A stretch of 20,000 bases of DNA from an uncultured virus (IMG/VR IMGVR_UViG_3300034106_003048) (lineage: Duplodnaviria > Heunggongvirae > Uroviricota > Caudoviricetes), in IMG/VR virus record IMGVR_UViG_3300034106_003048. One strand, 5' to 3'. Position numbers and translations under genes: made by a program. Below are positions 7,283-14,492 of this stretch, one piece after another (within the stretch, counting starts at the first letter, position 1; every line of letters starts with the position of its first letter). Under the pieces are notes generated by a model, which searched no databases, was not told the DNA's origin, and saw only the letters and a list, made by a program, of their open reading frames with translations.

Positions 7283-7633
7283 ATGAGAACTTTCAATCTC
7301 AATTGTGCTCTGGGATTGATTATCTTTGGTATTTTGGGACTACAGGCATCTGCTTGTAGTACCCAAACTGCCAAGGTAGTCGACAGTCTCCCAAAACTTT
7401 GTATTGATCCAAAATTTGGAAAACTTACAAAGGATGACTCTACTTTTGTTTTCAACGTAATTAATCGTGAAAAGCCGATTAAACATCATATCATAAAGGT
7501 TGACAGTGGTGTAATTTTAACAATAGTTAAGAAAAATCTTGAACAGGTTTACGTAACTAGAAACGGTGCAATAGATGATTATTACGAAATAGAAAACGGA
7601 AAGGTAGTACTTTATTGTAAAGAATTTGAATAA
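7283..7633 (+). CDS. putative secreted protein or lipoprotein
   Basis: Hydrophobic N-terminus ending in ASAC; ATG 7283 preferred over TTG 7277. Confidence 0.65.
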   Translation: MRTFNLNCALGLIIFGILGLQASACSTQTAKVVDSLPKLCIDPKFGKLTKDDSTFVFNVINREKPIKHHIIKVDSGVILTIVKKNLEQVYVTRNGAIDDYYEIENGKVVLYCKEFE

Positions 7634-7636
7634 GTT

Positions 7637-7879
7637 ATGAGAACATTTTTATTAGTCGTACTTTATTCTCTTATGATTATGCTTATAGTCGGCATTGTAG
7701 GACTTGTAGGATGTCAAGATGAAGAAGTGCCAAAAAAAGAAAGTCATAAACTTAGTGATTTTGGCTATAAAATTGAAATTGTAACAATAGATTCTTGCGA
7801 ATATGTTTTTGGACCTTGGGGAAATGGAGCAGTCTTAACCCATAAAGGTAATTGTAAAAATCCTATTCACAAAAAGTAA
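7637..7879 (+). CDS. putative lipoprotein (80 aa)
   Basis: Hydrophobic leader ending in LVGC; C-terminal IDSCEY...LTHKGNCKNPIH motif. Confidence 0.75.
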   Translation: MRTFLLVVLYSLMIMLIVGIVGLVGCQDEEVPKKESHKLSDFGYKIEIVTIDSCEYVFGPWGNGAVLTHKGNCKNPIHKK

Positions 7880-7888
7880 CAGAAATTT

Positions 7889-7975
7889 GGCCGGATCGTC
7901 TAGTGGTTTCCATTTGGATATAAGGACGCTGGATTTTCATTCCAGAAACGGTAGGTTCGATTCCTCCTCCGGCTA
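7889..7975 (+). tRNA. tRNA-Glu(TTC) with enlarged D-loop and bulged T-stem, CCA not encoded
   Basis: GGCCGGA/TCCGGCT acceptor; CTGGA-TTTTCAT-TCCAG anticodon arm (TTC 7936-7938); GG[T]AGG-TTCGATT-CCTCC T-arm; D-loop insert containing TCCA/TGGA. Confidence 0.85.
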
Positions 7976-7990
7976 CTAATTAAACTAACT

Positions 7991-8404
7991 ATGAATAAGT
8001 ACATTAAACCCACAAAGAAAGTAGTTATAGACGGCAAAGTCTATACTGCTGTAAGAGAAAGGAATTACATTCCTGAACCTGAAACTAAACCCAGGAGAAT
8101 TACCGATGAGTATGTTAGTCCAAAAGCTAACAATCCTATTGTTAAGACTCTTGAAGAGATTATCGAATCTAACTTGAATGATTATTTTAAATCTGTTGAG
8201 TTAGAAATTTCTGAATTAAAGAAAGAATCTCTCACCCTAATTATTAGCGGATATACCGAAAAAGGTATTGACATGTTAAAACATGCTAATCAATTAGAAA
8301 CTGAAATTACCTCTGCTAAAACCAAAGCAAAGATTGATTGGATGAGTCGTATCTTAATTAGATATAACGACTTGACTAAACAAATTGTAGGCAGAGAATT
8401 CTAA
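7991..8404 (+). CDS. hypothetical protein (137 aa)
   Basis: ORF with A-rich leader and helical C-terminal half. Confidence 0.8.
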   Translation: MNKYIKPTKKVVIDGKVYTAVRERNYIPEPETKPRRITDEYVSPKANNPIVKTLEEIIESNLNDYFKSVELEISELKKESLTLIISGYTEKGIDMLKHANQLETEITSAKTKAKIDWMSRILIRYNDLTKQIVGREF

Positions 8405-8414
8405 CGCATTTCAT

Positions 8415-8448
8415 AGTTACCCCGTCCAGGTAGTGCTGAGGGGTAACT
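8415..8448 (+). terminator. intergenic stem-loop
   Basis: AGTTACCCC/GGGGTAACT inverted repeat; weak T-tract. Confidence 0.5.
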
Positions 8449-8466
8449 TAAATTTAACCCAATCTT

Positions 8467-8835
8467 ATGAGTATTAATAAATTAAAGTGGGCAGTAAGAA
8501 TACTTTCACTATTGCTTGTATTCATTGCTGTACTCTGGGGATTTAACATTGGTTTATCCAATCCTTTTAATCCTTGGAAAGCAATTGCTTTTGCAGTTGC
8601 AGGCATTTGGTTGTTTATGTTTGCCGTAGACAATCTCTTTATTCGGTTTTTAGACAAACCAATCAATTTTACTAGAGAAGTAACAGAGTCAAAGTATTTA
8701 ACAGAATACGATGATTTTGATCTTGCTTCAAAACCAGTTTTACCAGAAACTCCTCAAAAAACTAAAGTTAAAAGGGGACCTTACAAAAGAAAAAACTACT
8801 ACAAAAAAAGAAAAAGTAGTTTTTATTATATTTGA
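8467..8835 (+). CDS. membrane protein with two TM segments and a basic C-terminal tail (122 aa)
   Basis: Two hydrophobic stretches; K/R/Y-rich tail (KRGPYKRKNYYKKRK). Confidence 0.75.
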   Translation: MSINKLKWAVRILSLLLVFIAVLWGFNIGLSNPFNPWKAIAFAVAGIWLFMFAVDNLFIRFLDKPINFTREVTESKYLTEYDDFDLASKPVLPETPQKTKVKRGPYKRKNYYKKRKSSFYYI

Positions 8836-8838
8836 AAT

Positions 8839-9180
8839 ATGAAAGGTAAATTACAATGCCAAGATAGAAATTGGTACGTTTCTTTTGAAGAGAAAGAATT
8901 AAAAGTACATCCTGTTGATTCTGCTGTATTAGATACTTTTGCTGCACATCTTTGTGAAACAGAATTAGAATTTGAAATAGTAGATGAGTTTAGTCATCCT
9001 GAATTTTATAAAGATACTCCTATTTATCAAGGACAAGTTTACGCAAAATTAGTAGACAATGATCTTATGTGGGAGATAATCTTTTATGAGTATCGTACCA
9101 GCTATCGTACTCATTATCTTACTTTGGAGAATTGGCTTAAATCTAGATTTAAAATCCCTAAAAGAATAACCTATGTCTAA
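8839..9180 (+). CDS. hypothetical protein (113 aa)
   Basis: ORF in tightly packed + strand run. Confidence 0.8.
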   Translation: MKGKLQCQDRNWYVSFEEKELKVHPVDSAVLDTFAAHLCETELEFEIVDEFSHPEFYKDTPIYQGQVYAKLVDNDLMWEIIFYEYRTSYRTHYLTLENWLKSRFKIPKRITYV

Positions 9181-9346
9181 AAGTTTTAAAACCCTTTTGG
9201 GAGTAACAATTATGTTGCTTTCCTATTTGTGTATTCATCAACTTGTTATTATGAATCCGCATCCTATTGTTTTTGCTGTATTAGTTACTAGTAGCATTTT
9301 TAGCGGAATATTAGGATTTATTCTTGCTGTAAAGTCTTTACAGTAA
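9173..9346 (+). CDS. small membrane protein (57 aa)
   Basis: Translated by hand (MSKSFKTLLGVTIMLLSYLC...GFILAVKSLQ); fills the gap; two hydrophobic segments. Confidence 0.65.
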   Translation: MSKSFKTLLGVTIMLLSYLCIHQLVIMNPHPIVFAVLVTSSIFSGILGFILAVKSLQ

Positions 9347-9354
9347 CTTTACTC

Positions 9355-10233
9355 ATGGAAACAAAAGGAAGTATGGTTGAGCATGTCAACCGTAAGTCAA
9401 TGCTTATTAGACCATCAGGTCGTTCTACAGATTTTATTAGTCCTTCTTTTGGTTATGGTTGTCTCTATAACTGTTCTTATTGTTATATGAAACGCCATAA
9501 ACCAGAAGGATTAACTGTTGCAACTAATATCGGGGATATTTTGACTGCTATAAACAATCATGCCATGTTCGCAGTTGTAGATAAGCCTAATCAAACTCAC
9601 GAGTCATTAGTAACTTATGACATCTCTTGTAACGAAGACTTTTGTTTGCATGCGAAGTTTTATGATTGGAAACGTATCTTTGATTTCTTTAAAGATCATC
9701 CAAGGGCTATGGGTTCATTCGCAACCAAATATGTAAATAAAAATTTACTTGAGTACAACCCAGAAGGAAAGATTAGGATTAGATTTAGTCTTATGCCACA
9801 ATGTTATGCGGACTATTTAGAACCTAATACTACCCCTATACTTAATCGTATGGAAGCAATAAACAGTTTTATAGAAGCCGGCTACGATGTTCATGTAAAT
9901 TTTAGTCCAGTTATTTATGAAAAAAACTGGACAGATGCATACAAAGAACTCTTTATACAATTAGACCATGCAGTCAACCCTGAGTATAAAGATAGAGTTA
10001 AAGCAGAAGTTATCTTTCTAACGCATAATGAAGATAAGCATAAAAGAAATCTTATTTATGATCTTCCAGGTGAACATTTACTTTGGCGACCTGAAATACA
10101 AGAAAACAAAATATCAGAGTACGGTGGCGAAAATATCCGCTACAAACACAATCTAAAAGCTAGTTACATTGATCAGTGGACAGAACTACACGATGAGATA
10201 ATCGGCTGGAATACGATTAGGTACATATTTTAA
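9355..10233 (+). CDS. splB: spore photoproduct lyase-family radical SAM protein (292 aa)
   Basis: GYGCLYNCSYCYM (CxxxCxxC), YDISCNEDF, FATKYVN, RIRFSLMP, EAGYDVHVNFSPVI motifs typical of the SPL family. Confidence 0.85.
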   Translation: METKGSMVEHVNRKSMLIRPSGRSTDFISPSFGYGCLYNCSYCYMKRHKPEGLTVATNIGDILTAINNHAMFAVVDKPNQTHESLVTYDISCNEDFCLHAKFYDWKRIFDFFKDHPRAMGSFATKYVNKNLLEYNPEGKIRIRFSLMPQCYADYLEPNTTPILNRMEAINSFIEAGYDVHVNFSPVIYEKNWTDAYKELFIQLDHAVNPEYKDRVKAEVIFLTHNEDKHKRNLIYDLPGEHLLWRPEIQENKISEYGGENIRYKHNLKASYIDQWTELHDEIIGWNTIRYIF

Positions 10234-10243
10234 AACAAAAAAA

Positions 10244-10531
10244 ATGAAAAATAATAAAACACACGAACAATTTAATGAGTCAAACTCAAATGAACTTGAT
10301 TGGAAGTCAATTGAATCTAAATGGGATGATTGGTATGAAAAAAGCAATGGAGAAGCAGATTATGATGATGAATATGATGCCATGAAATCATTTGTAAAAG
10401 ATGTTAAAGTAGAATGGTCTAAAGTTAAAAAAGAATATTTTGATTACATAGAAAGAACAAACAATGAAGGTGACTATGATGTTAAATTTGTAAAGTTCAA
10501 GTCATTTGTGAAAAATAACTTAAAATCATAA
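10244..10531 (+). CDS. hypothetical protein with internal duplication (95 aa)
   Basis: Two ~37-aa repeats each ending in E.DYD.....KSFVK. Confidence 0.8.
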   Translation: MKNNKTHEQFNESNSNELDWKSIESKWDDWYEKSNGEADYDDEYDAMKSFVKDVKVEWSKVKKEYFDYIERTNNEGDYDVKFVKFKSFVKNNLKS

Positions 10532-10574
10532 CTTATTTTTTTATTACACATATTCGTTACAGATATATTCTTTA

Positions 10575-10781
10575 ATGAAAGAACTAACACACTTGTTACG
10601 CTACCTAGTGGTTTGGATAAGTCAAAACTTATCCATTCCATTTTGGGTAGTGGGACATGTACACTTAACTATGAACGTATATAGCGATTTAAACGAACTT
10701 CTTGCTTCAATAGGAATGAATCTTATTGTATTGACAGGATTTATAATCAGCTATATAGATGAAAGAAAAAACAAAAATTAA
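10575..10781 (+). CDS. small membrane protein (68 aa)
   Basis: Hydrophobic ORF (WISQNLSIPFWVVGHVHL). Confidence 0.75.
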   Translation: MKELTHLLRYLVVWISQNLSIPFWVVGHVHLTMNVYSDLNELLASIGMNLIVLTGFIISYIDERKNKN

Positions 10782-10787
10782 ATTAAA

Positions 10788-11141
10788 ATGAACAAAGAAT
10801 TTATACCTTATGAGATTGCATTAGAACTTAAAGAATTAGGATTTGATGAACCTTGTTTTGCTGTTTATATTGATAAAACATTAATAATGGAAGATGATTG
10901 GTTATATTCAACAAACCAAGATACTTTTATAGAATCAAGTAATTTTACTGCACCACTATACCAACAAGCATTTAGATGGTTTAGAGAGAAGTATGGATTA
11001 TACTCAGTTGTAGATGGTTTAGAGAACAGACAATACTATAAAATAACTCAACTTAACAGTTACTCAAAAGAGTATGAGACCTACGAAGAAGCAGAACTTG
11101 CTTGTCTTAAGAAGTTAATCGAGATAGTAAAAACAAAATAA
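10788..11141 (+). CDS. hypothetical phage protein (117 aa)
   Basis: EFIPYEIALELKELGFDEPC / APLYQQAFRWFREKY / TYEEAELACLKKLIEI blocks, recalled as common in aquatic phage ORFans. Confidence 0.8.
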   Translation: MNKEFIPYEIALELKELGFDEPCFAVYIDKTLIMEDDWLYSTNQDTFIESSNFTAPLYQQAFRWFREKYGLYSVVDGLENRQYYKITQLNSYSKEYETYEEAELACLKKLIEIVKTK

Positions 11142-11148
11142 AAACAAA

Positions 11149-11562
11149 ATGAACATACAAGTAAGAAAAGCCACAGTAAATAACATAGACGAATGGAGAG
11201 TTTATGTAGACGGAGAAATAGTAGCACGTTGTCCAGAAGAAGAATGGGCTGAAAGAGTAGCCGAATGGATTAAAGCTCTTCCTATTGGATATTTAGAAAA
11301 AGATTCTGATGAAAAAGATTTTAATTTTACTTTTGAAACAGAAGCGGATTACGAAAAAGCAAAGTCTTCCGGATACATTACAACCTTTGACATAGTTAGA
11401 ATTAAAATCAAAGACATTGTAGCAGAAAGAACTATTGATTATCCTATTCATACCAGAGAACAATACAGTAAAGAGCTTAGGAAGCTTACTCTTCTTCCTC
11501 AAATCCAAGTATTAGATATCTATCAAGATAAACTTTATTACGACATTCAAGAAAATGACTAG
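11149..11562 (+). CDS. hypothetical protein (137 aa)
   Basis: ORF in tightly packed + strand run. Confidence 0.75.
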   Translation: MNIQVRKATVNNIDEWRVYVDGEIVARCPEEEWAERVAEWIKALPIGYLEKDSDEKDFNFTFETEADYEKAKSSGYITTFDIVRIKIKDIVAERTIDYPIHTREQYSKELRKLTLLPQIQVLDIYQDKLYYDIQEND

Positions 11563-11749
11563 ATTTTTAATAAACGTAATTGCTGTTTTATTTTTAATAG
11601 CAATTATAGCAATTTGGCTGTTTCCAATCTTAATAGCTTACTATGAAAACAACTATTGGTTGATTTTTCTTTATGCTGTTTGGTGGTTTCCAGCTGCAAT
11701 CATTACAAGCATTACTATTGCTTTAGTAGAAAACATAGACAGATGGTAA
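11555..11749 (+). CDS. small membrane protein (64 aa)
   Basis: Two hydrophobic segments; overlaps its neighbours by a few nt. Confidence 0.7.
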   Translation: MTRFLINVIAVLFLIAIIAIWLFPILIAYYENNYWLIFLYAVWWFPAAIITSITIALVENIDRW

Positions 11750-12063
11750 AAATAAAACAAGAAACACTTGAAGAAGTTTTAGGAAGCTCAATGTGCGAGT
11801 TCTCTGTAATAGAAAACAAGCTTGCTATTTTGTATAGAAATCAAGTTAAAATTTATGAAGCTATTATTAACCAGCAAGCTGAAAGAATGTATAGTGAGGA
11901 AGATTTAATTTCATTCTATGATTTTATTGAAAATCATCAACTAAGAAAGTATGGGAATATTTGGAAAAGAATAACTAATGACCCTAATGTTAGACCCTTG
12001 AACTTTGAATCTGTAGATGATAAATATATTATAGAATGGTTTAAACAATTTAAAAAGAAATAA
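11743..12063 (+). CDS. hypothetical phage protein (106 aa)
   Basis: ORF-track 11656..12063; ATG 11743 likelier (MVKIKQETLEE..QQAERMYSEEDL..WFKQFKKK). Confidence 0.75.
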   Translation: MVKIKQETLEEVLGSSMCEFSVIENKLAILYRNQVKIYEAIINQQAERMYSEEDLISFYDFIENHQLRKYGNIWKRITNDPNVRPLNFESVDDKYIIEWFKQFKKK

Positions 12064-12065
12064 CA

Positions 12066-12536
12066 ATGAAAAAGTATATTTTTTTAATCTTAATGTCTTT
12101 ACTTAGTGAAAGTAAAGCACAATGGACAACTAAAACAGTAGAGAACGGATTTGACCCTACATATAGGGTAGCTATCTGTCACAGTACTACGGGGAAAGAG
12201 TTTCTTAAAATGATGAAGATGCCTGATGGAGGAGTTTTACTTCTTCTTTACGTAGGTTATGTTTGCACAGAAAATCCCACAGTAGAGTACACTTACAAAA
12301 CAGTTAGTGGATGGGAACCATTTTCAAACACAGGAGTAACGTCAACAGACAAGAAAAAAGTTTACTTATCAGGAAACCTATCAGAGTCTATTATGCTTCC
12401 TTACTTTAAGAATACTTCTCTGTTTAAAATTAGACTAGATGATGAGCACTGCGGAACAACCATTTACCAATTTAACATGGTAGGTAGTACCAGAGCTTAT
12501 GACTTTATTGAATCAGATGTAACCCCAGCAGAGTAA
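12066..12536 (+). CDS. putative secreted protein (156 aa)
   Basis: Signal peptide MKKYIFLILMSLLSESKA followed by Q, typical of Bacteroidota secreted proteins. Confidence 0.75.
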   Translation: MKKYIFLILMSLLSESKAQWTTKTVENGFDPTYRVAICHSTTGKEFLKMMKMPDGGVLLLLYVGYVCTENPTVEYTYKTVSGWEPFSNTGVTSTDKKKVYLSGNLSESIMLPYFKNTSLFKIRLDDEHCGTTIYQFNMVGSTRAYDFIESDVTPAE

Positions 12537-12538
12537 TT

Positions 12539-12778
12539 ATGATTAAGACCCCAGTAGAAACAATTTACGACCTATTAGAAAACGGAGCCAGCTTAGAAGA
12601 TTTAAAAAATATTAAACCTGTTATGTTAGCTCTTGAAGAGGCTCATGGTAATGATATATTTGAATGTAGTCGTCTTGCAAACAAAGATGGAATTGTCTAT
12701 CCTACATTTCAAGATTATCTAAAAGAATTAAAATCTGAAAACAATGACACTAACAATGAATCTGATAACGAAAATTAA
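12539..12778 (+). CDS. hypothetical protein (79 aa)
   Basis: ORF in tightly packed run; KTPVE start resembles the KQTAVE family. Confidence 0.7.
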   Translation: MIKTPVETIYDLLENGASLEDLKNIKPVMLALEEAHGNDIFECSRLANKDGIVYPTFQDYLKELKSENNDTNNESDNEN

Positions 12779-12986
12779 GTCTTGGTTTACTTCTAACGAA
12801 GTAGAGATTCAAGAAGCAGAAAGATTTGAAGATTGGTTTCATCGTCTCAACCCCAGTTGTGCAGTAGATCCAGAAATCTTCAATGAATTTCACAAAAACC
12901 TAAGAAAGCAAACTACCAATGAAAGCAAAAATCACAAAAATTACAAACAACATGGAGGTAGAAGACATCACCTCCGTGTGGCGTAA
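12744..12986 (+). CDS. hypothetical protein (up to 80 aa)
   Basis: ORF filling the gap with overlaps at both ends; start uncertain. Confidence 0.6.
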   Translation: MTLTMNLITKIKSWFTSNEVEIQEAERFEDWFHRLNPSCAVDPEIFNEFHKNLRKQTTNESKNHKNYKQHGGRRHHLRVA

Positions 12987-13503
12987 TAAAAACAGATTAA
13001 TTTGGTTTTTGTTTGGAGTTTCTCTTACGCTATCAACTATTATTGTTCATCGCAGTATTTATCCTGTAGTTTACAGAAGTTTAGAACAAGATAATTTAAT
13101 GATAAAAATGTATGACTCTATGTCATTAAAATTAAAAATTATAAGTTATCGTGATTCTAATTTAAACGAAAGAAATTTGTATGAGTACACTCGTCTTATC
13201 GGGTGTACTCATCCTTATGAAACTACTGCACAAGCTTTATTTGAAACAGGCGGATTCTCTAGAGGAAGTTCAGCTTCTATGAATAATCTTTTTGGTTTTA
13301 AAGACCACAAAGGATACATAGGATTTAAGCATTGGACTTATTCAGTAGATTTTATGATTAATTCTTATCAGAGTAGAAACGGATTAGAAGAAGGAATGAA
13401 CTATTATCAGTGGCTTCCTAAATCTTATCATCAGGCAGATAGAAAAGCGTACAACCAAGGAGTTCACTATCTAGAATTAAAACTAAAACAAAAGTACAAA
13501 TGA
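12919..13503 (+). CDS. membrane-anchored glucosaminidase (GH73-like peptidoglycan hydrolase, 194 aa)
   Basis: AQALFETG (putative catalytic Glu), NNLFGFK, F.HW..SV motifs; N-terminal TM LIWFLFGVSLTLSTIIV. Confidence 0.7.
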   Translation: MKAKITKITNNMEVEDITSVWRNKNRLIWFLFGVSLTLSTIIVHRSIYPVVYRSLEQDNLMIKMYDSMSLKLKIISYRDSNLNERNLYEYTRLIGCTHPYETTAQALFETGGFSRGSSASMNNLFGFKDHKGYIGFKHWTYSVDFMINSYQSRNGLEEGMNYYQWLPKSYHQADRKAYNQGVHYLELKLKQKYK

Positions 13504-13760
13504 GTCAAACAGCATTAGATATTTTCTTTAGTAAATTAGGTATGCACGAACAATGGGTAATGCAACACGATTATGAACAAGCAAAAGAAATAGAGAAGCA
13601 ACAGAAAATGGATGCTATTAAAAATGAATTAAAATTAATAGGTAATTACTTTGATGTAAGTAAACTTGAAACAAAAGAACAAAAACATCATATTCGTTTT
13701 ACAGCTATTCTCAAAGATAGATTTGATTACTACAACAAAACCTACGAAGATAAAAAATGA
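13500..13760 (+). CDS. hypothetical protein, paralog of 19588-19803 (86 aa)
   Basis: Shared QTA.., EQAKE/QMEKQQK and YYN.TY blocks. Confidence 0.8.
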   Translation: MSQTALDIFFSKLGMHEQWVMQHDYEQAKEIEKQQKMDAIKNELKLIGNYFDVSKLETKEQKHHIRFTAILKDRFDYYNKTYEDKK

Positions 13761-14023
13761 AAGATAGATTAAAATCAGAATCCGAAATAATGGCAGAAGA
13801 CTTAAGATTGGAAATAGAAGCTTGGCAAAATCCAGTCTTTGAAACAATCTTAGGTCCTCTTCCACAAAACATTGTAGATAGCGAAATTGAAAAAATTGAA
13901 CTAGAAGAAGCTCAACAAGAAGCGAAACTTAGAGAAATTGCATTAACTTTGCCAAAAGAAACCTTAGAAGAAAACAACTATGATTCGCGACTCTCACAAC
14001 CCGATGTACCACATGTTGACTGA
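13757..14023 (+). CDS. acidic hypothetical protein (88 aa)
   Basis: ATGA-coupled ORF. Confidence 0.75.
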   Translation: MKDRLKSESEIMAEDLRLEIEAWQNPVFETILGPLPQNIVDSEIEKIELEEAQQEAKLREIALTLPKETLEENNYDSRLSQPDVPHVD

Positions 14024-14195
14024 AGATGATATCATCTTAGTTAACGACGAATACTATGATTACACAACAGATACCTGGCACCAAGTAGACCAAAAACACG
14101 TAGGAGATCTGTATAAAGGACCTTATGGTTATTACCACTTCATTATTATCAGAAGAAAAAACCCAGAGTACATCAAAAGCGAACCTTGGATTTAA
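13980..14195 (+). CDS. hypothetical protein (71 aa)
   Basis: ORF in packed run. Confidence 0.7.
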   Translation: MIRDSHNPMYHMLTEDDIILVNDEYYDYTTDTWHQVDQKHVGDLYKGPYGYYHFIIIRRKNPEYIKSEPWI

Positions 14196-14212
14196 ACCTA
14201 ATTGCTAGATTT

Positions 14213-14380
14213 ATGATTTACATAGAACTTTCAGCAGAAACAGAAGAAGCACTAAAAGCTAAAATTGAAAAGTATTTAAAAAGATACCCTATGAAAGCAT
14301 ACAAAACTTTTGTTAGAGAAATAAAATTCTATAACGATAAGTATACTTGCATAGTGTCAAGAGAAAACAGCTCCGATTGA
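14213..14380 (+). CDS. hypothetical protein (55 aa)
   Basis: ORF-track 14186..14380; ATG 14213 likelier. Confidence 0.65.
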   Translation: MIYIELSAETEEALKAKIEKYLKRYPMKAYKTFVREIKFYNDKYTCIVSRENSSD

Positions 14381-14403
14381 GTTGTGATTTTTCATAGTGT
14401 TTG

Positions 14404-14432
14404 AGGGGAGTCAGAGATGGCTCCCCTTTTTT
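14404..14432 (+). terminator. intrinsic terminator
   Basis: AGGGGAGTCA-GAGA-TGGCTCCCCT followed by TTTTT. Confidence 0.85.
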
Positions 14433-14492
14433 ATTTAACTAAAACCAAGAAAGAAAAAAAACAAATTAAAACCCAATTAAAAAACCAAAATT

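Noticed and set aside
10526..10563. attC-like TAAC...GTTA site after the repeat-protein gene
   Set aside because: Single short instance without internal dyad symmetry and no integrase in the window
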